Positions 1 through 10,488 are shown, numbered from the stretch's first letter. The stretch: DNA of 64,000 bases from Aquificaceae bacterium (GCA_041640635.1 JBEPZX010000008.1:1-64000); one strand, 5' to 3'. The notes: generated by a model not told the origin, from the sequence alone. Made by a program: numbers and translations.

Positions 1-8
1 AGCTACTG

Positions 9-1082
9 ATGAGAGTAGGTATATTGGGTGGGGGTCAGCTTGGATGGATGACCATACTGGAAGGAAGGAAATTTGGTTTTAGCTTCTATGTGTTGGAAAA
101 AGATCCAAGCTTTCCAGCTTGCAAAGTTGCTGATAGATGCTTTTTACCTGAGCAAGTGGAAGAGTTTATAAAAGGCTGCGATGTAATAACTTATGAATTT
201 GAACACATAAATGAAAACGTATTGAAGAGTGTAGCTGATAAATTAATTCCCTCCGTAGATGTACTCAACTTAAAAAGAAGCAGATTAGCAGAAAAAACCT
301 TCTACACTAAGAACAGATACCCAACAGCAAAATTTACATACGCAAAAGTGTCCGAACTGAAAGAAGCAATAAAATCCTTTGGAAACCAAGCAGTGCTAAA
401 AACCGACAAACTTGGTTACGATGGTAAAGGTCAATACAAGGTAACCGCATTAGACGATATCTCACAAATTCAAAGAGCACATAAACCTGATGAGATCTTT
501 TTAATAGAAGAGCACATAGATTTTGATTTTGAGTATTCTGTGATTGGTGTTAGAGATAAAAAAGGAAACATTAGGGTTTATCCGTCAACTATTAATTTCC
601 ACAACGAAGGTATTCTCCTTTATAACTTTACTTCTCTGGAAGATTTAAGAGAAGGAAAAGAAATAGTAAAGTCTTTGATGGAAGACTTAAAAATAGTAGG
701 TTTATTAGCCGTTGAGTTCTTTTCTGTAAAGGGTAAAACTCTTATAAACGAAATGGCACCAAGACCTCACAACACGGGACATTACACTTTGGATGCATGC
801 TTTACTTCCCAGTTTGAAAATCTCTTAAGGGCAATGTGTAGTTATCCACTTGGATCCACAGAACTGAAAGTTTATGGGGGTATGCTAAATCTAATAGGTA
901 TCGGTATGGAAGACATAGATTTAGATAGCATACTATCTATAGAAGGGGCAAAACTTTATTGGTACTCTAAGGATAAAAGACCAAGAAGGAAGGTAGGTCA
1001 TATAAATGTAGTAGAGAAAAAACACGCAGACCTTTTGAAGAAACTAGATAGTTTAAGGGAAATAATATATGCTAAGGCTTAA
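9..1082 (+). CDS. purK: N5-CAIR synthase (ATP-grasp)
   Basis: GILGGGQLG, GYDGKGQ, NEMAPRPHNTGH, RRKVGHIN motifs. Confidence 0.95.
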   Translation: MRVGILGGGQLGWMTILEGRKFGFSFYVLEKDPSFPACKVADRCFLPEQVEEFIKGCDVITYEFEHINENVLKSVADKLIPSVDVLNLKRSRLAEKTFYTKNRYPTAKFTYAKVSELKEAIKSFGNQAVLKTDKLGYDGKGQYKVTALDDISQIQRAHKPDEIFLIEEHIDFDFEYSVIGVRDKKGNIRVYPSTINFHNEGILLYNFTSLEDLREGKEIVKSLMEDLKIVGLLAVEFFSVKGKTLINEMAPRPHNTGHYTLDACFTSQFENLLRAMCSYPLGSTELKVYGGMLNLIGIGMEDIDLDSILSIEGAKLYWYSKDKRPRRKVGHINVVEKKHADLLKKLDSLREIIYAKA

Positions 1083-1138
1083 AAGAATTTCTGTATTTAG
1101 TCTCACAAATGAAGTATTTGGGTGTATATTATTTAGTC

Positions 1139-2062
1139 ATGAGGGAAATAGTTGATACATCATGGAGTAACAAACAAAAGTTAGAACTTTTATTACTTGT
1201 TTCCGGCACTGTATTAGCTGTCTTGCTTTCATCCATAAGCATAGATAATTTATTCTGGTATAAAAGTGCCTTGCTAATATACTTCTTTGCCACTCTTATG
1301 TACTTTGCTTATCCCATACTTAGAGACCCACTTATAGCTCACATATCAAGTCTTACATTATTTACAGGGCTTGTCATAAACCTAACAGCCATGATCAGAA
1401 GAGGGATTCAGACATACGAAATGGGAGCTTTTCATCCACCATGGAGCAATTTATTTGAAGCTTTGACTTTTTGGAGTTTTGTAACAGGTGCCATCTACCT
1501 ATATATAGAAAGGAAATACTCTTTCAGGATTTTGGGACTTTTCGTTCTTCCTATCATACTTGGCTTGAGTATATTTGCTAATTTTTACGCTACGAAGGAA
1601 ATTATTCCTTTGATGCCAGCACTAAGGAGTTATTGGCTTTACATACACGTAGTAACTGCTTTTCTTGGTTACGCTGGCTTTACGGTAGCCTTTGGAAGTG
1701 CCATTTTGTACCTTCTTAAGGAGAAGTATCCGCAAAAGAGCTTTTTACCTTCAAAGGAAACACTAGATGAGATTACGTACAAATCTGTAGTAATAGTATT
1801 TCCAATATGGACTGCGTCTATAATCCTAGGTGCTGCATGGGCTAATGAAGCATGGGGAGGTTACTGGAGCTGGGATCCTAAAGAAGTATGGTCCTTGATA
1901 GTGTGGTTGTTTTTTGGAGCATACTTACATGCTAGACAGATGTTTGGATGGAAGGGTAAAAGGTCAGCATGGATGGTAGTTTTTGGTTTTGTAACGGTGC
2001 TTATATGCTTCTTTGCTGTAAACTTATTTTTCCCTGGTTTACATAGTTATGCGACAGATTAG
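1139..2062 (+). CDS. ccsA: cytochrome c biogenesis protein CcsA/CcsB (system II)
   Basis: WWD domain WANEAWGGYWSWDPKE, C-terminal GLHSY; start at 1139 preferred over 1109. Confidence 0.92.
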   Translation: MREIVDTSWSNKQKLELLLLVSGTVLAVLLSSISIDNLFWYKSALLIYFFATLMYFAYPILRDPLIAHISSLTLFTGLVINLTAMIRRGIQTYEMGAFHPPWSNLFEALTFWSFVTGAIYLYIERKYSFRILGLFVLPIILGLSIFANFYATKEIIPLMPALRSYWLYIHVVTAFLGYAGFTVAFGSAILYLLKEKYPQKSFLPSKETLDEITYKSVVIVFPIWTASIILGAAWANEAWGGYWSWDPKEVWSLIVWLFFGAYLHARQMFGWKGKRSAWMVVFGFVTVLICFFAVNLFFPGLHSYATD

Positions 2063-2070
2063 AGAGAAAA

Positions 2071-3294
2071 TCAAGAAACGTAGTTAAGAAGCTCTTCTGC
2101 CTCTTTTTTAGCCTCTTCCAGTATGTTTTTTATGGCTTTGGGTGTTGAGTTAACTCTATTAGCTACCTTTATGTATATATCTTCCGTAGGTTTGTCCTCA
2201 AGAAGGTATACAAGGGATAGTAAAAATCTCAGTTCATTTGGCTTTCCTTCATAAGCTTCAACAATCTCTTTATCTAGTCCTAATTCCTTAGCGACATCTT
2301 CAGGATGTAGTCCAAACATCTCCATAGAAAGTGAAAACAGGCCGGTTAGGTATGCTTTACCTTTTAGCGAGGGTTGATAGATTTGAGAGAGCTTTTCCAT
2401 TAAAACAGCTCTAAACAAAGCCCATTTCCAGTTTTTAATATCAGACTCCTCTGTAAATACATCAGAAAGTGCCATCAGGATCACGAACTTTACAATATTT
2501 TCAAAACCTAGATATGCTACAGCTTCACCAACATCAGATGTTTCCTTTACTCTTGGAAAGTATGCTGAATTTACAAATTTTAGGAGTTTATAAGTGGCGC
2601 CTGCATCTTTCTCTATGACATCTATTATCATCTTCATATTCTCTTCTTTTATAGCTTTATAAAGCTTTATTAATGTTGCCTTTATAGATGTTATGCTATG
2701 TGTATTAAACACTCTCGTAGGTCGCGATAGGTAAAAACCTTGGAAGTAATCAAAGCCCATGTCAAATACCTTTTGATACTCATTTTGTGTTTCCATTTTT
2801 TTTGCAATTACTTTCTTCCCTAGATCCTTTAATGATTTCACAACTTCTCTTAATTCCTCTTCATCGTAATTAACGTTTTTTATATCTATCTTAACAAACT
2901 GGCATTTAGTGAGAAGAGGTAGATAATCTATTCTTTCAAAGCCAAAATCGTCTATACAAAAGCTAAAACCTTTTTTTTGAAGTTGGTTTATAGCATTATA
3001 TACATTATTGTTGAGATTCGCATTTTCTTTGAGCTCTATGCCTACATACTTTGGAGAAAGAAGATCGAACATAGAAGCCTCTAAAAAAATAGCGGGAACA
3101 TTTATAAATATAAGCCTACCTTTTCCTACATTCTTTGGATCCAAATCTACAAGGGTATCTATAACCATACTGGTAGCTTTTAGCGGATCCATGCTTTCAG
3201 GATACATGCCAGTTCTCACATCTTGAAGGAAAACTTCAAAAAATTCTACCTTTCCCTCTCTGTTATATATAGCTTGTTTATAAACACCATACAT
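2071..3294 (-). CDS. EAL + HDOD domain protein (YuxH/PdeH-like)
   Basis: KQAIY..EVF, FINV, IDDFG, FQGFYLSRP; HDOD-like YKLLKFVNSA..AVAYLG. Confidence 0.85.
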   Translation of the reverse strand: MYGVYKQAIYNREGKVEFFEVFLQDVRTGMYPESMDPLKATSMVIDTLVDLDPKNVGKGRLIFINVPAIFLEASMFDLLSPKYVGIELKENANLNNNVYNAINQLQKKGFSFCIDDFGFERIDYLPLLTKCQFVKIDIKNVNYDEEELREVVKSLKDLGKKVIAKKMETQNEYQKVFDMGFDYFQGFYLSRPTRVFNTHSITSIKATLIKLYKAIKEENMKMIIDVIEKDAGATYKLLKFVNSAYFPRVKETSDVGEAVAYLGFENIVKFVILMALSDVFTEESDIKNWKWALFRAVLMEKLSQIYQPSLKGKAYLTGLFSLSMEMFGLHPEDVAKELGLDKEIVEAYEGKPNELRFLLSLVYLLEDKPTEDIYIKVANRVNSTPKAIKNILEEAKKEAEELLNYVS

Positions 3295-3322
3295 GATATG
3301 TATTTTACATTAAAATATCATT

Positions 3323-4501
3323 ATGCTTTCAAAAAGAGTAAAGCATATAAAACCAGCTCCTACTCTAGCTATTACGGCTAAGATAAATCAACTAAAGGCG
3401 AAGGGCGAAAACATTGTAGGTTTTGGGGCAGGTGAACCCGATTTTGATACCCCAGAATTTATAAAGGAAGCATGTGAAAGAGCACTAAAGGAAGGCAAAA
3501 CCAAGTATGCCCCTTCTGCAGGAATACTCCCTCTGCGGGAAGCAATAGCGAAAAAACTGTTTGAGGAAAATTCAGTAGAGTATAAACCTTCCGAAATAGT
3601 AGTGTCCAGCGGAGCTAAGATGGCTCTTTATTTGGTGTTTTTGAGCATTTTGGACGATGGTGATGAGGTTTTGCTTCCATCTCCCTACTGGGTCACATAC
3701 CCCGAACAAATAATGCTATGTGGTGGAACACCTGTAGTAGTACCTTTAGAGGAAAGTGAAAACTTTGTTCTCTCAGCGGATCTTCTTAAACCTTACATAA
3801 CAAAAAAAACAAAAGCTTTGGTTTTAAACTCCCCATCTAACCCTACCGGTGCAGTAATACCACCCAAGGAGATAGAAAAAATAGCGCAGCTCTGTTTAGA
3901 AAATAACATCTTCATAGTCTCGGATGAATGTTACGAAGCCTTTGTTTACGAACCTCACGAATTTATAAGCCCAGCAAGCTTGTCTAAAGAAATAAGGGAG
4001 ATAACCTTTACAGTTAATGCTTTTTCTAAAACCTACTCTATGACTGGTTGGCGAATAGGCTACGTAGCATGCCCAGAAAGTTATGCAAAGTTGATAGCCG
4101 ACATCAACAGTCAAACCATATCCAACGTTACAACCTTTGCACAGTATGGAGCACTGGAAGCTTTATCAAATCCGGAAGGAAAGAAGTTTGTAAGTTTGAT
4201 GAAAGAGACCTTCTTTAGAAGACTAAACTTGGCGTATGAGCTTGTTAAAAGCCTACCTTATGTGAGCTGTGTAAAACCAGGTGGCGCTTTTTATCTGTTC
4301 CCCAATTTTTCCTACTTTTCCAATAAGCTAGGTTCCGATTTGGCTTTGACTGATTACTTACTAGAAAAGGGAAAGGTTGCGGTAGTTCCAGGTTCAGCCT
4401 TTGGAGCAGAGGGTTACTTGAGACTCTCTTACTGCGTCTCTGAAGATACTATAAAGGAAGGTATAAACAGAATTAAGAAAGCACTGGAAAGTATAGTATG
4501 A
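3323..4501 (+). CDS. aspC: class I PLP aminotransferase (aspartate aminotransferase-like)
   Basis: GEPDF, NSPSNPTG, SDECY, SKTYSMTGWRIG. Confidence 0.9.
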   Translation: MLSKRVKHIKPAPTLAITAKINQLKAKGENIVGFGAGEPDFDTPEFIKEACERALKEGKTKYAPSAGILPLREAIAKKLFEENSVEYKPSEIVVSSGAKMALYLVFLSILDDGDEVLLPSPYWVTYPEQIMLCGGTPVVVPLEESENFVLSADLLKPYITKKTKALVLNSPSNPTGAVIPPKEIEKIAQLCLENNIFIVSDECYEAFVYEPHEFISPASLSKEIREITFTVNAFSKTYSMTGWRIGYVACPESYAKLIADINSQTISNVTTFAQYGALEALSNPEGKKFVSLMKETFFRRLNLAYELVKSLPYVSCVKPGGAFYLFPNFSYFSNKLGSDLALTDYLLEKGKVAVVPGSAFGAEGYLRLSYCVSEDTIKEGINRIKKALESIV

Positions 4502-5079
4502 GAGAGCTTCCAAGGCTCTATGCAATAACGGATAGAAAAAGGTATGGGGAAAACTTTTTCGAAACAATAAAGAGAATACTAGAAAAAGGTGTAAGAATGA
4601 TTCAGCTGAGAGAAAAGGACCTGCCCGGCAAGGAACTATACCATTTAGCTGTTAAAGCAAGGGAATTAACAAAAAACTATAACGCTTTACTCTTAATAAA
4701 TGATAGAGTGGATGTCGCTTTAGCTGTGGAGGCGGATGGTGTGCATTTACCTTCAGAAGGCTTCCCACCATCGGTAGTAAAGAAAATGAATAAAAACTTA
4801 ATATTAGGTTACTCAGCACATGACCTGTCTTCCGCTTTATGGGCACAGGAAGAAGGGGCGGATTTTGTAACTCTTAGCCCTATATTTAAGACTTCTTCCC
4901 ATCCAGATAGAGAACCTTTGGGACTTTCTGTACTTCAGGACGTTTCTAAAAACCTAAAAATCCCAGTTTACGCTTTAGGTGGCATAAGTTGGGACAAAAT
5001 AAAGGTTTGCTACAAAAACGGAGCTTACGGCATAGCTGGAATAACTCTATTTCTAGGAGAAGGCGATGTATCTTCTTAA
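4498..5079 (+). CDS. thiE: thiamine-phosphate synthase / TenI family
   Basis: IQLREK, INDRVD, ADGVHL, ALGGI. Confidence 0.8.
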   Translation: MRELPRLYAITDRKRYGENFFETIKRILEKGVRMIQLREKDLPGKELYHLAVKARELTKNYNALLLINDRVDVALAVEADGVHLPSEGFPPSVVKKMNKNLILGYSAHDLSSALWAQEEGADFVTLSPIFKTSSHPDREPLGLSVLQDVSKNLKIPVYALGGISWDKIKVCYKNGAYGIAGITLFLGEGDVSS

Positions 5080-5449
5080 AACTGAACCTTCTGAGTACTC
5101 TTACGATCAGTTAGAAAGGGACACAATTACAAAATGGGATGGTGTAAAAAACCCTCTGGCTCAGAAATTCATATCCCAGATGAAGGTAGGAGATCTGTGC
5201 TTCATATACCACACAGGTAAAGAAAAAGCCATTGTAGGAATAGCCAAAGTAGCTAGCATGCCTTACAAAGACGAAAAGGGGTTTTGGGTGGTGGATGTAA
5301 AACCACACACTAAACTAAAAAGACCCGTCTCCCTTCAGGAAATAAAAGGATTGTCCCAAGCCAAAGATTCTTACCTCATCAAAATACCACGTTTGTCTGT
5401 GATGCCCATCTCTGAAGACTTATGGAAGGCAATATTGAGCTTGTTATAG
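5066..5449 (+). CDS. EVE domain protein
   Basis: LLKTEP..YS, WDGVKN..A, FIYHTG, RLSVMP. Confidence 0.9.
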   Translation: MYLLKTEPSEYSYDQLERDTITKWDGVKNPLAQKFISQMKVGDLCFIYHTGKEKAIVGIAKVASMPYKDEKGFWVVDVKPHTKLKRPVSLQEIKGLSQAKDSYLIKIPRLSVMPISEDLWKAILSLL

Positions 5450-6333
5450 TAGGTGGACCTACGGCGAGTGGGAAATCTCAATTATGTTGCCTATTGGCTA
5501 AAATTTTGTCCACCTCTATAATAAGCGCTGATTCTATGAGTGTATACAAGCATATGAATATAGGAACGGCAAAACTGGAGGGTTGTATAAGCGAAATTAA
5601 GCATTACCTTGTGGATACTGTAGAACCTGGCTTTGTTTTTGATGCCAAACTTTTCGAAGAAAAAGCTCTGGAAGCAATCCAAGAAATAAGGAAAGAAAAC
5701 AAAATTCCTATAGTTTGTGGAGGAACCTATCTTTACATACAAGCTCTTCTCTATGGCATAGAAGATACACCATCTCCCGATTGGAAATTAAGGGAAAAGC
5801 TATACAGCATAGCTAAAGAAAAGGGTAATCAGTTTTTGTATGACAAGCTTAAGTTAATAGATCCTACGTACGCCAAAAAAATATCTCCTAATGATACACG
5901 GAGAATAGTCAGAGCCTTGGAAGTCTTTTTGCAAAGTGGCAAGCCCTTTTCCCACTTTCACAGTTGGAGACAACCTCGCTTCAAATACTTAGGTGTTTAC
6001 GTAAAAAGGTCGTGGGATTCTTTGTGTGAAAGAATAGAAAGGCGTGTTCAAAAGATGGTAGAAGAAGGCCTGGTAGAAGAAGTTAAAAACCTAATGCATA
6101 TTGGACTAGAAAGCTTTATAACATCTTCTCAAGCTATAGGTTATAAAGAATTTATTCCTTACATAAAAGGACAAATAAGTTTGGAACAAGCTATGCAGGA
6201 AACGATAAAAAACACCAAAGATTACGCAAAGCGCCAAATAAGGTGGTTTAGAAAACAAAAATGGTTAGAAGTAGATTTAGATAAGCTGGATTATAATCAA
6301 GCTGTGCAACTTGTTTTAGAAAAGCTAAACTGA
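5422..6333 (+). CDS. miaA: tRNA dimethylallyltransferase
   Basis: GPTASGKS, SADSM, GGTYLY, AIGYKE, YAKRQ. Confidence 0.95.
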   Translation: MEGNIELVIVGGPTASGKSQLCCLLAKILSTSIISADSMSVYKHMNIGTAKLEGCISEIKHYLVDTVEPGFVFDAKLFEEKALEAIQEIRKENKIPIVCGGTYLYIQALLYGIEDTPSPDWKLREKLYSIAKEKGNQFLYDKLKLIDPTYAKKISPNDTRRIVRALEVFLQSGKPFSHFHSWRQPRFKYLGVYVKRSWDSLCERIERRVQKMVEEGLVEEVKNLMHIGLESFITSSQAIGYKEFIPYIKGQISLEQAMQETIKNTKDYAKRQIRWFRKQKWLEVDLDKLDYNQAVQLVLEKLN

Positions 6334-6993
6334 GAGGCTTGACGTGATAAGGCTTTTTAGCTTGCGTGTTTGAGCTTTTATATCATCGTAAGCGAATATG
6401 CCTGAGCCTACTACCAATATGTCCACACCCAATCGGGCAAGCTCTGCTATGTTATCCTCTTTTATCCCTCCATCCATCTGAATCAGTACATTCTCATTTG
6501 TTGTGTTTACCAACTGTCTTAGTTTGATTACTCTTTCCTTAGACCTTTCTATAAATTTCTGCCCTCCAAAGCCAGGGTTTACAGACATAAGTAGCACGTA
6601 ATCAACGTAGTAAATGATCTCTTCCAGCAAAGAAAGAGAAGTGCCCGGATTTATAACCACTCCAGCCTTAGCTCCATGTTTTTTTATAAGTTCAATGCTC
6701 CTATGCAAATGATAGTTATTTTCTACGTGAATACTGATCATATCAGCACCAGCTTTTGCAAAATCTGGAATGTATCTATCTACGTTTTCTATCATCAAGT
6801 GAACATCCAAAGGTATAGTGCACCTTTTTTTGATACTTTCCAACAGCACAGGACCAAAGGTTATGTTAGGAACAAAATGCCCATCCATAACATCAAAATG
6901 CAGGATATCTGCACCGCCTTCTATACATGCTTGTATTTGCTCACCGAGTTTCCAAAAATCAGCTGACAAGATGGAAGGTGCCAAATACTTCAT
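6325..6993 (-). CDS. rpe: ribulose-phosphate 3-epimerase
   Basis: APSILSADF, HFDVMDGHFVPN, MSVNPGFGGQ, DGG. Confidence 0.97.
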   Translation of the reverse strand: MKYLAPSILSADFWKLGEQIQACIEGGADILHFDVMDGHFVPNITFGPVLLESIKKRCTIPLDVHLMIENVDRYIPDFAKAGADMISIHVENNYHLHRSIELIKKHGAKAGVVINPGTSLSLLEEIIYYVDYVLLMSVNPGFGGQKFIERSKERVIKLRQLVNTTNENVLIQMDGGIKEDNIAELARLGVDILVVGSGIFAYDDIKAQTRKLKSLITSSLSV

Positions 6994-8288
6994 TCAAGCT
7001 CCTCTTCTACTCTTATGAGTGTAGTCTGACCCTCAACTACAGGTAAGCTTTCAATTTGTGATATAGCTTTCCTCATGTTGCTTTCGTAAGCTTTGTGAGT
7101 AAGAATTACCAAAGGAATAACTGGCTTTCCTTCCGCGTTTGCCATCTTGCATACCATCTCCTTTTGCAACACACTAGCGATGCTAATGTTATGATCAGCT
7201 AAAACTCCAGCTATGCGGGCAAGCACACCAGGTCTATCGGGAACGTTGAACCTCAGATAATACCTACTGTAGAAGTCTTTTTCCAATTTTAGATCTTCCA
7301 TCCATTCAAAGCACGCATATGATTTGCTGGATGTTAAAAATTTAGCTCCGTCCACTATATCAGACACCACCGCCGATGCTGTAGGATGTGAACCTGCCCC
7401 TTTACCGTATAGCATTATCTTTCCCACAAAATCACCTTCTATCATTACCGCATTGTAAACGTCACGAACCTTAGCTAAAGGATCCTCGGATCTTATAAAA
7501 GTAGGATGCACTCTTATCTCTATAGAATCTTCACCTTTTTTAGCTATAGCTAAGAGCTTTAGTGTGTAACCTAGTTCTTTACCTAACTCCACATCAAGCA
7601 GTTGTATGTTTCGTATACCTTCCACATAGATTTTTTCAAAGGGAAAGTATTTCCCATAAGCTATCATAGCAAGTATGGATATTTTATGTGCTGTATCCCA
7701 CCCATCTATGTCTAAAGATGGATCCGCTTCTGCATATCCAAGCCTTTTGGCTTCGTTTAGAGCCTCTTCAAACTCCTCATCCTCATCCAGCATCTTAGTT
7801 AGTATAAAGTTGGTAGTTCCGTTTAATATACCGTAAATACTCTTTATATTATTTCCCACCAACCCTTCTTTGAGAGCCTTTATTATGGGTATACCACCAC
7901 CCACGGAAGCTTCAAAACCCAAAAATAGACCCTTCTCTCTTGCCAGCTGAAATATCTCCAAGCCATCTTCCGCCAAAAGATGTTTATTGGCTGTAACCAC
8001 GCTTTTACCTTTGGATAAAGCCTCAAGAATAGCCTGCTTTGCAAAAGTTTTGCCTCCTACCAATTCTACTACAATATCCGATTCTTCTATCACTTCTCTG
8101 TAATCTGTTGTTTGCAATTCCCTTGGAACTTCTATTTCTCTTTTTCTTTCCCAATCCTTGTCAGCTACCTTTGACAGGGATAGCCAAATACCAGTCTTTT
8201 TATAGATTAAATCTCTGTTTTTTAGTAGGAGGGCGACAACACCCGTTCCTACCGTTCCGCATCCAATAATTCCAACCCTTATTTTCAT
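6990..8288 (-). CDS. hom: homoserine dehydrogenase with C-terminal ACT domain
   Basis: GCGTVG, VVTANK, FEASVGGGIP, GYAEADP, DRPGVLA. Confidence 0.96.
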   Translation of the reverse strand: MKIRVGIIGCGTVGTGVVALLLKNRDLIYKKTGIWLSLSKVADKDWERKREIEVPRELQTTDYREVIEESDIVVELVGGKTFAKQAILEALSKGKSVVTANKHLLAEDGLEIFQLAREKGLFLGFEASVGGGIPIIKALKEGLVGNNIKSIYGILNGTTNFILTKMLDEDEEFEEALNEAKRLGYAEADPSLDIDGWDTAHKISILAMIAYGKYFPFEKIYVEGIRNIQLLDVELGKELGYTLKLLAIAKKGEDSIEIRVHPTFIRSEDPLAKVRDVYNAVMIEGDFVGKIMLYGKGAGSHPTASAVVSDIVDGAKFLTSSKSYACFEWMEDLKLEKDFYSRYYLRFNVPDRPGVLARIAGVLADHNISIASVLQKEMVCKMANAEGKPVIPLVILTHKAYESNMRKAISQIESLPVVEGQTTLIRVEEELE

Positions 8289-8300
8289 TAAGTTAATATT

Positions 8301-8810
8301 TTAAAGTAGTCCCTTTACTGCGTTTATTACTTCGTCGTAATTAGGTTCTAATGTGACTTCTGGAACTAGCTGTTTGTAAGCTACTTTTCCATTTTTGTCC
8401 ACTACAAACACAGCTCGTGCCAGTATGCCAAGGAGAGCACCTTCACCTATAACTACGCCATATTTAACCATATCCTTATATCTAAAGTCGGATGCAACAG
8501 TTACGTTGCCTATGTTGAAACTCTCACAAAAGCGCTTCTGGGCAAAGGGCAAGTCCATAGACACTACAGTTACATCCACATTTTGCATATTTGCCATAAG
8601 TTCGTTAAATTTCTTTGTTTCTGTTTCACAGACAGGTGTGTCCAAAGAGGGAACGGTTACAATAACTTGAACCACATTTTTTGCCCCACCAACTCTTTTT
8701 TCTTGCAGATCCTTTGTAACCACAGTTACTTGTGGAGCGTCATCACCTACATTTACAGAATTGCCTATTAAAATCACTGGATTTCCCTTTAAGTTTACAG
8801 TTTCTGCCAT
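8301..8810 (-). CDS. tpx: thiol peroxidase (atypical 2-Cys peroxiredoxin)
   Basis: PSLDTPVC, SMDLPFAQKRFC, ARAVFV; SD AGGAGG. Confidence 0.95.
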   Translation of the reverse strand: MAETVNLKGNPVILIGNSVNVGDDAPQVTVVTKDLQEKRVGGAKNVVQVIVTVPSLDTPVCETETKKFNELMANMQNVDVTVVSMDLPFAQKRFCESFNIGNVTVASDFRYKDMVKYGVVIGEGALLGILARAVFVVDKNGKVAYKQLVPEVTLEPNYDEVINAVKGLL

Positions 8811-8880
8811 TGCTTCTACCTCCTTTTTAGTTTTATTTGAATTTTAAAAGCTCTTAACATAGAAAACAATGTGACAAACC

Positions 8881-9285
8881 TCAAGAACCAATAAAATCCA
8901 TCAGTATCTTGGAGTGATCAAATACGAGCTTTTCAAAGGGAATTTCTTCTATTGGAAAAACAAATACACCTTTTGCATCGTCTCCAGCTTTTGGAACACC
9001 AAAGGTGTCCAATACGTAGACTATAGAAACTACGTGAAAACGTGGATCTCTACCTGACTCAGAGTAGACTCCAAAAAGCCTTTTAATACTACAATCTAAA
9101 TTGGTTTCTTCCTTTACCTCTCTCAAAACGGCATCTTCTACAGTCTCACCTACTTCTACAAATCCACCCGGAAGTGCAAAACCCAACGGTTCGTTTCTTC
9201 TTTCTATGAGCACTATTCCTTTTAGTTTACCGTTCTCCCACACTCGTACTATACCATCTACCGCCAAAAGTGGACATTTTGGCAT
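8881..9285 (-). CDS. Nudix hydrolase
   Basis: Nudix box GGFVEVGETVEDAVLREVKEET. Confidence 0.93.
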   Translation of the reverse strand: MPKCPLLAVDGIVRVWENGKLKGIVLIERRNEPLGFALPGGFVEVGETVEDAVLREVKEETNLDCSIKRLFGVYSESGRDPRFHVVSIVYVLDTFGVPKAGDDAKGVFVFPIEEIPFEKLVFDHSKILMDFIGS

Positions 9286-10357
9286 GTTTTATCACCTCCT
9301 GAGCCACACCTATCATAACTATAGACATAAATAAATTGGAGAAACCGTAACTTATAAAAGGTAGAGCAATCCCTTTTGGTGGTATTACATTAGTTACCAT
9401 AGCAACATTCCATAGAAAAGCTAGAGAAAAGTTCATACCTATTCCAAAAAGTACCAATTTACCGAATAAATCGTTAGATTTGATAGCCCAATAAAAAAGC
9501 TTTGCAATTAACATCGAATATAAAGCAAAAACAAACATTAGTCCTACAAAGCCTATTTCTTCACCTATGGTTGATATAATGAAGTCTGTATCTGCTTGAG
9601 GGAGATATCCTATCTTCTGTATACCTTTACCTATCCCCTTACCCAGTAAACCACCATCAGCTAAGCCGTATAAAGACTGAATTATCTGATAACCTGTGTA
9701 CTCAGCATCTCTAAAGGGATCCTGCCAAGCACTAAACCTACTCTGCACATAGGTTCTCTGCCCAAAGAGAATATATGTCCCGAATAACATAAACACAGCA
9801 GATATAGGGAGTATAATCTTAAAAGGCAAACCACCAACAAAAAGAATACTACCCGCTAAAACTAAGATAAATATTGCCGCTCCTCTATCTGGTTGTAGAA
9901 AGATGAGAAACACATTTACGATTACCAAGAAAGCAGACCAGAATATGTACTTGTAATTTTTTAAGTCACCTTTGGAAAATATGTAGTAAGATAGAAAAAG
10001 TATAACTGAAAGCTTAGTAAATTCCATAGGTTGTATACTGGAACCTATTAACCATCGATCCACACTTTTGCCTGTAGCGTACTTTTTTATTAAGACTAAT
10101 AACAGGAGTAAAGTAGAAATTACAATGACACTATAGGAGAAAGTCTTGGTTTTAAATCTTCTGTAGCCTATCCTGGGTATTACAAAAAATGCTACTAGGT
10201 AACCCAGAAAAAAACTTAAAAATTGAAATAAGGGCCTTTGGTATAGTTTAGGATCTTGTGGCGATTCCCAAAGATAAGGTACAGTATTTACACTAAATAT
10301 AGCAGTCTCACCTATGAGAAAAAGTAGAAAAACTAATAAATAAATACTTCTATCCAT
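9227..10357 (-). CDS. ftsW: SEDS family protein FtsW/RodA
   Basis: IQPMEFTK, LQPDRG, YQIIQS, TDFI, LPFISYG; polytopic membrane protein. Confidence 0.88.
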   Translation of the reverse strand: MDRSIYLLVFLLFLIGETAIFSVNTVPYLWESPQDPKLYQRPLFQFLSFFLGYLVAFFVIPRIGYRRFKTKTFSYSVIVISTLLLLLVLIKKYATGKSVDRWLIGSSIQPMEFTKLSVILFLSYYIFSKGDLKNYKYIFWSAFLVIVNVFLIFLQPDRGAAIFILVLAGSILFVGGLPFKIILPISAVFMLFGTYILFGQRTYVQSRFSAWQDPFRDAEYTGYQIIQSLYGLADGGLLGKGIGKGIQKIGYLPQADTDFIISTIGEEIGFVGLMFVFALYSMLIAKLFYWAIKSNDLFGKLVLFGIGMNFSLAFLWNVAMVTNVIPPKGIALPFISYGFSNLFMSIVMIGVAQEVIKHAKMSTFGGRWYSTSVGER

Positions 10358-10488
10358 GCTTAAGTTTTTTTATCAGTCTATTATTACAATTGTAAAATAT
10401 AGCAAATACTTTTTGCTGGTGTATTTAAAAGAATAAGATCTTTAAATTAATCAACATCTTATAAACATAAATTTCCACATACCATTAT

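Noticed and set aside
8870..8885. CRP-like site TGTGA-N6-TCAAG upstream of tpx
   Set aside because: Imperfect, single occurrence, overlaps a stop codon; chance match likely.
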